A stretch of DNA of 64,000 nucleotides from a virus: positions 32,001 through 96,000 of IMG/VR virus record IMGVR_UViG_3300033153_008203, one strand, 5' to 3'. Shown piece after piece: positions 26,734-34,561 of the stretch (position 1 is its first letter; each line of letters starts with the position of its first letter). Position numbers and translations under genes: made by a program. The notes under the pieces are model-generated. The model was not told the origin of the DNA. It was given only the letters and a program-made list of their open reading frames with translations, and made no database searches.

Positions 26734-27407
26734 TACATCCTTACAGGCGCTGCAGCTGCTCTAAGCCAGGCTTCGTCAACCACCTTTTTAAATGTTTGAA
26801 GTCCACCAACAACCTCAGTCAATACTAAAGTAACAAGACTCTCTTCCTCATTAGCATCTGTAGCAGGATTGACTCTCATTGTAATAGATTTTAAATCGTT
26901 ACCCATTGCTACTATGGCACCTTCTTGCTGAATATAGGTATAGTCCTGACCATATGTTTTGATTGAAAAGGTATACTCAAAAGGAGCTGTTGAAGGATCG
27001 CTAATTATAATGTTTATAGCTACGCCTTTATATGTAGGAGTATGCTCAATCTCTACTCCATTATCGCTAGTGAATTTAGGTTTACCATTAGATACATCAG
27101 GTAATGCACTGTCTCCACCAAGATATTTAAAGCTAATCCCTTTGTTATCTTTGTATTTTATCTTACATAGATGCTTGTTGGTTTCACCGGAATCTGTAAA
27201 TCTAAGCTCACCATATCTACCACGATTCACCTGATGAGTTGTCACTCCATCAACGACAGAATCTATGCTCATATCACAAGGGACGAACGATCCGTCTTCC
27301 TGTATATCGTTCAGACCATTTTGAAAGGTAGTGCCTATAATAGGTTTGCCATTCTGGAACCTACCAGTTGAACTTTCATTAATATCCCAATCCTTATGCT
27401 TAATCAT
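26733..27407 (-). CDS. Hypothetical protein resembling the region that precedes DNRLRE domains
   Basis: Ends VDEAWLRAAAAPVR; TAATG-coupled to the DNRLRE gene. Confidence 0.6.
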   Translation of the reverse strand: MIKHKDWDINESSTGRFQNGKPIIGTTFQNGLNDIQEDGSFVPCDMSIDSVVDGVTTHQVNRGRYGELRFTDSGETNKHLCKIKYKDNKGISFKYLGGDSALPDVSNGKPKFTSDNGVEIEHTPTYKGVAINIIISDPSTAPFEYTFSIKTYGQDYTYIQQEGAIVAMGNDLKSITMRVNPATDANEEESLVTLVLTEVVGGLQTFKKVVDEAWLRAAAAPVRM

Positions 27408-28047
27408 TATACGTACCTCATACTAGTGTTATTTTTTAAATCTCCTCGTAGCTTTGCCGCTAGTTGTGTCCTAGAGGTACCTAAAAGCTTTGCTGCATCT
27501 GCTATACTATTAAAAACTCTACTTCCAGCTACACAGATCACTTTGATTGACTTTGCATTATTTTTTTTCATTTCTTGCTTAGACTTATCCGTGTGCTTTA
27601 TCCCAAGTTTAGCAAGACTATCATTCTTCCTGTGTTCATCAGTGTGTTTTATCCCAAGCTTAGCCTCGCTCATTTTCTTCTTTGATTCATCGCTATGCTT
27701 CCTTCCAGCTATAGCAATACTTAGCTTATGTTTAGGCTCGTTGGATAGCTTGCCTGACCTATCATATGTTCCTATTAATTTGCAGTTCAAGCCTTTGTCT
27801 TCTATTACACTATGTAGATCTTGATAGAAACGTTCTCTTTCGTTTAGAGATGTTCGCTACACAGTTCTATTATTTCAAGCATGTGATTTTCTACGCCATG
27901 TTTTTTAAATGACCTATACAATCTAGTCTGCTCTTTGCAATCTAACCGCACATACTTTTTAAATCTTTTCTCTATATTTACAGACTGGCCAATATACACT
28001 CGTCCTGACGGACTCGTTATCTTGTATATTCCTTGCTTCTTATTCAT
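27407..28047 (-). pseudogene. Frameshifted GIY-YIG homing endonuclease with NUMOD3 repeats and C-terminal NUMOD1-like HTH
   Basis: GIYKITSPSGRVYIGQS...R; the shifted frame near 27846 gives LNERERFYQD...GLNC, continuous with HSDESKKKMS-type repeats. Confidence 0.85.
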
Positions 28048-28053
28048 AGGTCC

Positions 28054-28467
28054 TTATAACAATAATAACAGTGTTAATAGTATACTGGCGCCTGCACTCT
28101 TGAAGTCAATCTTCCACCAAGGAAGCTCACCACAATCAACTGAATCTTCAACACAAGTTGAATACTTTTTTTTCCAGGCTCCTGCTTGCTTATCTTTTAT
28201 CTTAAAGTTATCATCGCACTTATCGTATTGCACAGAAAAATTGTCAGCTCTTTGTTTTTCTATTTCTAGTATATTGCTAAGAACTATGATCTTCTTGTTC
28301 TTAGTGATAATATTGTCTCTGCAAGCGCTAAACTCTGCGATAAGCTCTTTTGATTTTTCTATGTTTAGCTTTACTTTACTGTTACTTGCCATCGACGATG
28401 ATGTCGTCGCAAATATCAAAGCCAATATCACTAAACCCTTTACAAGCCTCTTCGACAGTCTTAACAT
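28054..28467 (-). CDS. Spanin-position protein (Rz1-like location) with signal peptide and C-terminal hydrophobic tail
   Basis: Overlaps the 3' end of the i-spanin candidate; no lipobox Cys; coiled coil; ends AGASILLTLLLLL. Confidence 0.5.
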   Translation of the reverse strand: MLRLSKRLVKGLVILALIFATTSSSMASNSKVKLNIEKSKELIAEFSACRDNIITKNKKIIVLSNILEIEKQRADNFSVQYDKCDDNFKIKDKQAGAWKKKYSTCVEDSVDCGELPWWKIDFKSAGASILLTLLLLL

Positions 28468-28822
28468 ATTCTAGCATCTCCATATAGTCTTTTGATTCTA
28501 CATCTCCACCACTGTTTAAAGCATCGTATGCTGTCCATAGGTCTTGAAGTTTTTTATCTAACTCTTTGTTATCTTTTTTTAATCTATTTATCCAGTCAAG
28601 ATTATCTTCAAGCTTTGGTTTATCTTTCTCTATTCGTAAAGCATCTTCAGAAAGCGTTAAAGCAGCCTCTAAACGATTAGACTTACCTCTATAGTGATTG
28701 GCTGACCAAGAAGTTGTTGCTATTCCAAGAATACAAAAGATAATAACAATGTCTTTCTTAGATAGGTTTAAATTCTTTAGAAAACCTGTTATATTATTAA
28801 CTATCGCTACGATATCAAACAT
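28382..28822 (-). CDS. Putative inner-membrane spanin (Rz-like)
   Basis: N-terminal TM IVIIFCILGIATTSW, coiled coil, two C-terminal Cys; follows the holin candidate. Confidence 0.55.
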   Translation of the reverse strand: MFDIVAIVNNITGFLKNLNLSKKDIVIIFCILGIATTSWSANHYRGKSNRLEAALTLSEDALRIEKDKPKLEDNLDWINRLKKDNKELDKKLQDLWTAYDALNSGGDVESKDYMEMLEYVKTVEEACKGFSDIGFDICDDIIVDGK

Positions 28823-28825
28823 TGT

Positions 28826-29059
28826 TTATTCCTTGTCTTTCCATGCTTTTATAAGCTCTATAAACATTGGAATCTTTTTCCAACCATTATATAGCAATAA
28901 AAAACCAAGTGCATAAAGATGGAGTATCTTAATATCTTCTCCAATCCACCATGTGTGTACAGCAGGGATAAGAGTTAACCACAGAGTTACTCTGCCGATA
29001 CTCATATTTTTATTCTTACCTTCACAAAATAACGTATTAGGCTTCCAGAAAATTGCCAT
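28826..29059 (-). CDS. Putative holin (2 TM)
   Basis: GGAGGG RBS; SIGRVTLWLTLIP and ILHLYALGFLLLY hydrophobic segments; charged C-terminus. Confidence 0.6.
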   Translation of the reverse strand: MAIFWKPNTLFCEGKNKNMSIGRVTLWLTLIPAVHTWWIGEDIKILHLYALGFLLLYNGWKKIPMFIELIKAWKDKE

Positions 29060-29701
29060 CTTGCCCTCCAAGTCCAGGATTAAATTTATTACCTTTACTA
29101 TTGTTTTCTGTTTTAGTGATGATTTGCAGATTCGTATGTACATGAAAACCAGAAACCAGCTTACCTTGTAGTGGCACTATATGATCAACAACAAATTTCT
29201 CAGTACAGCCTGCAACTTTAGGGCTAGGTTGATTTCCTCACAGTCACAATAGATTTCTTTTATTTTGTCTATATCTGCCCATAACGGCATAGCATTTAGT
29301 TTTGCTGCTTGATATTTTCTGACCAAAGCATTTACTTTTCCCTTATTGTTTTGCCTATACTGTTTGCCATACTCTAATATTCTACGCTTATTCTTTACAT
29401 AGTATTCTGCAGAGTCATTAGGGTCCCTTTCATCATGATATTTTTTAAAACGCTCCTCATTGCTTTCTCTATATCTTTTACTGTATTCTAAAAAATATTC
29501 TCTATTATTTTTGCGATACTCTATGTAATAATCTTTATGTTTGTTTCTATAGGCCTTATTCTTTATTCTCATACATGCTTTGCATTCTGTTGCAATTCTT
29601 TTTTCATTCTTGCGACCTTTCCTAATATAGAATTCTTTCAATGCTAATTCAGGCCCATCTGTGTGTACACATTCATCTTTGTTCTTGCATACCTTAGTCA
29701 T
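29037..29701 (-). pseudogene. Frameshifted HNH homing endonuclease, paralog of 11550-12287
   Basis: After CEEINLA, a 1-nt loss near 29221 moves KVAGCTEKFVVDHIVPL...FHVHTNLQII..ENNSKGNKF out of frame. Confidence 0.87.
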
Positions 29702-30176
29702 TTTTAAATCCTATATCATCCATAAACTTGCATACAGGAAACGATGACCCTGGATCTACTTTACGATTTGGACAGAGTTCGCTGTGAGTGTTAATCGATT
29801 TTATCTCATGCCTATCACACAATCCTTTAACTAGCTCAACTCCAGCATTATATTGAGCTTTTCCTAAGTATGGTTCTTTAATTCTTTCTACGAATGTCCC
29901 ATATGTGTGTAGCCCTGCTACTAAGAATTCTACGCCTATACTGTTCATATTATGACCTTTGCAATGCCAAGCTACCTGATCATCTTCTCTACACTTGATA
30001 ATTACTCCTGTAGGGGTTATAAGATAATGTGCTGATAGACCTATTTTTTTAAGAAATTCCGGCGCATAATAATCGTTGCCTTCTGTATCTATAAATTCAC
30101 CCATACTGTGTATCACTATTAAGGAAGGCGTCTGTTTTCCTCCCCCATTGTCTGATGGTATATTTGCTACTCTCAT
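29694..30176 (-). CDS. Endolysin, N-acetylmuramoyl-L-alanine amidase (Amidase_2)
   Basis: IVIHS, SAHYLI, AWHC, NSIGVE, THSEL, KVDPG; no cell-wall-binding domain. Confidence 0.9.
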   Translation of the reverse strand: MRVANIPSDNGGGKQTPSLIVIHSMGEFIDTEGNDYYAPEFLKKIGLSAHYLITPTGVIIKCREDDQVAWHCKGHNMNSIGVEFLVAGLHTYGTFVERIKEPYLGKAQYNAGVELVKGLCDRHEIKSINTHSELCPNRKVDPGSSFPVCKFMDDIGFKND

Positions 30177-30184
30177 ACTGTCTC

Positions 30185-30541
30185 CTAATGATTGTAATAT
30201 ACTTCGCCGATAACTGCTAAGAACTGTGCTGAATTAATCGGCTTACTTATAACCATTATATTATGTTCTATGAAAGTCTGAAGCCCTCTACTGTCACTAT
30301 AAGAAATAATTATCGTAGTTTTTGGCGAGCACTTTTCTATCTTCTGAACCAAGTCTAAGCTATTCATGAATGGTAAACGACTATCTAATAAAATAGCATC
30401 AGGACTTTCATTTTCTATACGACTACAAACATCGGTTGACTTTAGCTCTTCCACTTTTGCATCGCTATACTCTTCATTAATCAAATTCTTTTCGTAATTT
30501 GAATAGAAGCTACTGGCATCTGTCACCCATATCGTACACAT
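30185..30541 (-). CDS. Stand-alone response-regulator receiver (CheY-like) protein
   Basis: PDAILLD53-SRLPFMNSLDLVQKI, TTIIIS, ISK100P. Confidence 0.78.
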   Translation of the reverse strand: MCTIWVTDASSFYSNYEKNLINEEYSDAKVEELKSTDVCSRIENESPDAILLDSRLPFMNSLDLVQKIEKCSPKTTIIISYSDSRGLQTFIEHNIMVISKPINSAQFLAVIGEVYYNH

Positions 30542-30542
30542 A

Positions 30543-30977
30543 TTAGAATCTCCATCCTACTAGCGCTGCGAAGAATCTTAGTAATGCCATTCCAGGATCA
30601 GATCCGGATAGCACTAGTACTATAAGAACCAGTATGATCCCAGCAAGCATTAGCTGCGCAGATAGTATCTTATTGTTTCCTACAAATTTAAAGAATCCAT
30701 CATTGCTTTTGTAGTCATCAAAATCTTTTATGTGGTTTTCAAGCTTCGTTGGTATACCACTCAATTCTTCTTCAAACTCTTTTAGTTTGACAGAGAACTC
30801 AGTAAACTCGCTGACTATACCTTGTAACTGCAAAAGCACGTCCCTAAACTCTTTGCTATGGACACCATACTTTACATATATATCCTGTATGCTATCATGA
30901 AGCTCTTTAAGCTTTACGTCATGAGCCTGTATCCATACTTCTACAGCAGCAACTCTACCACTTATATCATCTGCCAT
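30543..30977 (-). CDS. Coiled-coil membrane protein (holin/antiholin-like)
   Basis: N-terminal coiled coil, C-terminal TM LMLAGIILVLIVLVL; AAAGGAG RBS; lysis context. Confidence 0.55.
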   Translation of the reverse strand: MADDISGRVAAVEVWIQAHDVKLKELHDSIQDIYVKYGVHSKEFRDVLLQLQGIVSEFTEFSVKLKEFEEELSGIPTKLENHIKDFDDYKSNDGFFKFVGNNKILSAQLMLAGIILVLIVLVLSGSDPGMALLRFFAALVGWRF

Positions 30978-31012
30978 AGCGTCATATCTCCTTTATCCAT
31001 TTATTAGTTAAA

Positions 31013-31336
31013 TTACGTTACAAATATATCAACATCTACATCTGTGCCAGTAATCTTTATACTAGCTACAGGGATCTTGTAGACTGAAAACGAAAATGTT
31101 TCAGATGCAGCGACAGGTATGCCCATCATTGATCCATGAACATCTTTTAAATGATTAAGGTAAATGGTTATTGGAGACGTATCATTGTTGGTAATGATTC
31201 CTGTTTTAGCAGGCCTACCAAAATCTATCTCAAAATTAACAGACACTTCTGTCGCGTCAGTCAAGTCGTTATAATACTGAGACATCTGTGTAGAAGGTAC
31301 CTTCCTATCTATTGGTTGTGTATATAGGGTTGCCAT
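31013..31336 (-). CDS. Small beta-sandwich protein, paralog of 31357-31680
   Basis: Shared IDR.VP, QYY, GR.AKTG, YLN, TFSF, IKIT, VDIFVT. Confidence 0.75.
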   Translation of the reverse strand: MATLYTQPIDRKVPSTQMSQYYNDLTDATEVSVNFEIDFGRPAKTGIITNNDTSPITIYLNHLKDVHGSMMGIPVAASETFSFSVYKIPVASIKITGTDVDVDIFVT

Positions 31337-31356
31337 ACTTAATATCCTCTATTCTA

Positions 31357-31680
31357 TTATGTTACAAAAATATCAACGTTTACAGTACTTCCACTTGTTA
31401 TCTTGATCTCGCTTACATTCATTTCATATATAGTAAAAGAGAATGTTCCGCCAACATCAACAGGTACTGGTATCATTGTTCCTAGAATGTCTCTTGAGTA
31501 GTTAAGGTAAACAGATAATGCTCCTGTACCATTATTTACAACAAGCCCAGTCTTAGCAGCTCTACCAAGATCCTCATTAAAATCAACAGTTATCTCTGAA
31601 GCATGAGATATTCCATCGTAATACTGATACCTATATGTAGGTGGAACTGCTCTATCTATCTTTAGTGAATGCGAAGCCAT
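31357..31680 (-). CDS. Small beta-sandwich protein, paralog of 31013-31336
   Basis: Same shared blocks; TAAGGAG RBS. Confidence 0.75.
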   Translation of the reverse strand: MASHSLKIDRAVPPTYRYQYYDGISHASEITVDFNEDLGRAAKTGLVVNNGTGALSVYLNYSRDILGTMIPVPVDVGGTFSFTIYEMNVSEIKITSGSTVNVDIFVT

Positions 31681-31693
31681 GTCTATCTCCTTA

Positions 31694-31706
31694 CTATAAT
31701 ATTAAA
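31694..31706 (-). promoter_or_regulatory. Candidate phage late promoter motif upstream of the lysis/accessory operon
   Basis: TTTAATATTATAG directly 5' of the RBS of 31680; identical to 3111-3123. Confidence 0.4.
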
Positions 31707-31733
31707 AATCTTTTTTAAGCGTTTGCCTAGTTA

Positions 31734-32711
31734 TTATGGGCGATACGGAGAACCAAACGAAATACCAAATCTATAGACTCTTAGGTCTTCTTGTGTAGCG
31801 TCTATAAAAGATATATCAGTACCATTAAGTGCTGCCAAAGCTGGCGTGGATATTGATGCTATACTTAAACCGCTTCCTTCTTGAGTCCAATCACTTCCAT
31901 CAAACCTATAAACTCTAAGATTATCTGCTGTACTGTCAATAAAAGCTACATCGGTACTATTTAATGCAGCTAATGCTGGACTCGTTGTTCCTGATATACT
32001 TAAACTGTTTCCAATCTTATTCCAATCACTTCCATCAAACCTGTATGTCTCAAGATCCTCTTGTATGCAGGCAATATCAGTACTACTCAATGCTGTTAGT
32101 GCTGGTATTGTTGCTCCTGTTATTATAAGATCATTTCCAACCTGGGACCACGTACTACCGTTAAATCTATATACTCTTAACTCTTGATTGCTATCATCTA
32201 TAAATGCTACATCCGTTTCGCTAATAGTAGCTAATGCTGGATTTCCTATCGGAGTTACACTTAATCCACTCCCAACCAAACTCCATGTACTACCTCCAAA
32301 CCTATATACTCTTAAGCTTTCCAAAATAGTATCTACAAAAACCACATCGGTACTATTAAGTGCGCATATTGCTGGATACCCTATCCCTGAAAGCGTAAAA
32401 GCGCTCCCAACAAGAGCCCAAGTATTTCCGTCAAACCTGTAGGTTCTTAGCTCGTCATTATTAGAATCAACATAAGCTACATCTGTTCCATTGAGTGCAG
32501 CTATTGCCGATAATGACGTGCCAGTAATGTTAAAATCTGTCCCTATCTGAGCAGGAGAAGTCCATGTTATCGAAGATGAACCTGCACCAACAGTTGCACC
32601 TGCTTCAATACCATCAAGCTTTATTTTGTCTGCTGCAGCTAATGTCTCAGTGTCTAAAGTAATCGCTCCAAATTTTGGAGTTCCAGTACTTGTTAAGTCT
32701 TGTGTTGCCAT
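31734..32711 (-). CDS. Fibre-tip/receptor-binding protein with six ~46-aa beta-propeller repeats
   Basis: Repeat PALAALNSTDVAFID...LRVYRFDGS.W...G..L; fibre-like N-terminus DKIKLDGIEAGA. Confidence 0.75.
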   Translation of the reverse strand: MATQDLTSTGTPKFGAITLDTETLAAADKIKLDGIEAGATVGAGSSSITWTSPAQIGTDFNITGTSLSAIAALNGTDVAYVDSNNDELRTYRFDGNTWALVGSAFTLSGIGYPAICALNSTDVVFVDTILESLRVYRFGGSTWSLVGSGLSVTPIGNPALATISETDVAFIDDSNQELRVYRFNGSTWSQVGNDLIITGATIPALTALSSTDIACIQEDLETYRFDGSDWNKIGNSLSISGTTSPALAALNSTDVAFIDSTADNLRVYRFDGSDWTQEGSGLSIASISTPALAALNGTDISFIDATQEDLRVYRFGISFGSPYRP

Positions 32712-32722
32712 TTTATATCTCC

Positions 32723-34549
32723 TTATGCAGCTGCTATTGTTGTTACTGTTCCAGAAGAACCAACATACTTTAAAGCACCATTTTCTACGTACATTATCCC
32801 TCCACTTGTTGGAGCAGAAGGAGCTGACGTTACATTTGACAATTGCATATTGTCATTGTCCCCAGTAAACAAGCCTTCTACTTTTACATTAATTTCATGA
32901 AGCACCATCTCTACGGTTCCTTCAGTGAACTCATCGTAAAAGTCTTCTACTTCAATGTCTGTTGCATAGTGCTCACCAGTAGTGGGTTGAACTGGTCCAC
33001 CACTAAGTATTTCTGTGTAGCCAGCTTTATGAGCATCGAATGTCGTAATTAAGTTATAGTCTGCTAAAGCACTCTCTAAAGCAAACACTTCAGAATGCCT
33101 TTCATTTCCATGTATTGATGCTGTACGAGCATTAGTTAGTCTGTAATCACCTTCTGAAATATAGTTACCATGATCATAGCCTTCAAGAGTATCTAATGCA
33201 GTATCTATTGCTGCATGAGTTCTTGTTCCTGCTACTCCAGTAAGATCAGAGTGATTCTTAGTTGCTAAGTCAGCAAGATCTGATCCTGTCGTGTTTAAAT
33301 TATCCCAGTCAAGCTCTTCTGCACTAGCATTTATCTCAGTCATAAGAGCAGCTGCAGTTATCTGTGCAGCAGTAACACTATGAGGGTTGCTTGAATTGGC
33401 TTCATGAGCATCAAAGCCTACCTCTAGATCGTCTATTGCTTGGTCTAGTTTGGCAAGCGCTTGTGTTACGGAATCAGATACGGCGGTTAAATATCTAAGT
33501 GTAGTTCCTTCAGGTGCGAAGTCTGCATAAGGAGGTACTGCGTCTGATGCATCTATGCCCAGAACTGACCTTATATTTGAAAGGTCGTCCCCGCCCAAAT
33601 CAGCAATATCAAGTCCATGAGGATTAACATCTGATGCTGTACCGCCACCAACATTGTTTATGTGTCCGTCTAACGTTACTGGTGCACCACCGTATGGCTC
33701 ACCTGCATCCTCAGTCCATGTACCTGTGCCTTTCAGTAGCCTAATAATAGTTCTAACTACATTTAGATCGCCAAGTATATTGATTGGATCATTACCTATA
33801 GTAAATGTGTCTATAGCACCATCACCAGACTTAGCCAGTTTAGTCTGAAGTATATCAGCACTAGCGTTAACATCAGCATTAACTATATCGTGAACCAAAG
33901 ATATATCAGTAGTCCATGTTCCGCCATGCATTGCAAGAATACTTGTTAGAGCGTCATTTACACTGGCACCTGTTCCACCAACACCAAAATGAGATATTCC
34001 GTCACCATCTAATACGCTTGCTGTACCATACAAATCTTTAGCTAACTGGTTTACATTGTACTCATTAGTTTGAGATCTAGAAAGAATACTAATGCCAGTA
34101 AAAGAATAATCTTCGTCAAATAGTTCTAGGCCAATAGCGCGTTTCTGATCATGAGTCAATACTCCAGCTGCATCAGATATCAGTGCAGCCAAGTCATTGT
34201 AGTTCGATTCGACTTCGTCTTTTATTGAGTCTATCGTTTCTTTAACTGTTAATGGCCTACTATATGTTGTGCTCCAAAGCTCACCATTATCACTTGTACT
34301 TGTAGCATTACTGTCTGTGTAAAGCTGTGTTCCATCGAGCCCATTTAAGAATGCGTCTACATTGACATCGTCTGTGCCATCTGGTACGGCAGCCAAAAGA
34401 GGATGCAACTTGCTATTCCATTCAGAAGTTATTGCTGCAAGATCAGTAGCTATCTCGTCGATTGTATCATTCCAAGAATCAGATGTTCTTGGCCCACGAT
34501 ATGCAACGTTTCTCTTTATAAGTGAAAGCGCTAATTGGTTTATAGACAA
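32723..34549 (-). CDS. Tail fibre-like virion protein
   Basis: RGPRTSDSWN N-terminus, repeated NPH (NPHGL, NPHSVTAAQ), C-terminal GGIMYVENGALKYVGSSGTVT. Confidence 0.7.
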   Translation of the reverse strand: MSINQLALSLIKRNVAYRGPRTSDSWNDTIDEIATDLAAITSEWNSKLHPLLAAVPDGTDDVNVDAFLNGLDGTQLYTDSNATSTSDNGELWSTTYSRPLTVKETIDSIKDEVESNYNDLAALISDAAGVLTHDQKRAIGLELFDEDYSFTGISILSRSQTNEYNVNQLAKDLYGTASVLDGDGISHFGVGGTGASVNDALTSILAMHGGTWTTDISLVHDIVNADVNASADILQTKLAKSGDGAIDTFTIGNDPINILGDLNVVRTIIRLLKGTGTWTEDAGEPYGGAPVTLDGHINNVGGGTASDVNPHGLDIADLGGDDLSNIRSVLGIDASDAVPPYADFAPEGTTLRYLTAVSDSVTQALAKLDQAIDDLEVGFDAHEANSSNPHSVTAAQITAAALMTEINASAEELDWDNLNTTGSDLADLATKNHSDLTGVAGTRTHAAIDTALDTLEGYDHGNYISEGDYRLTNARTASIHGNERHSEVFALESALADYNLITTFDAHKAGYTEILSGGPVQPTTGEHYATDIEVEDFYDEFTEGTVEMVLHEINVKVEGLFTGDNDNMQLSNVTSAPSAPTSGGIMYVENGALKYVGSSGTVTTIAAA

Positions 34550-34561
34550 AATAACCTCCTG

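Noticed and set aside
26733-30176. Group I introns or inteins housing the endonuclease genes
   Set aside because: The endonuclease ORFs abut or overlap complete neighbouring genes, leaving no room for ribozyme cores; no intein termini were recognised.
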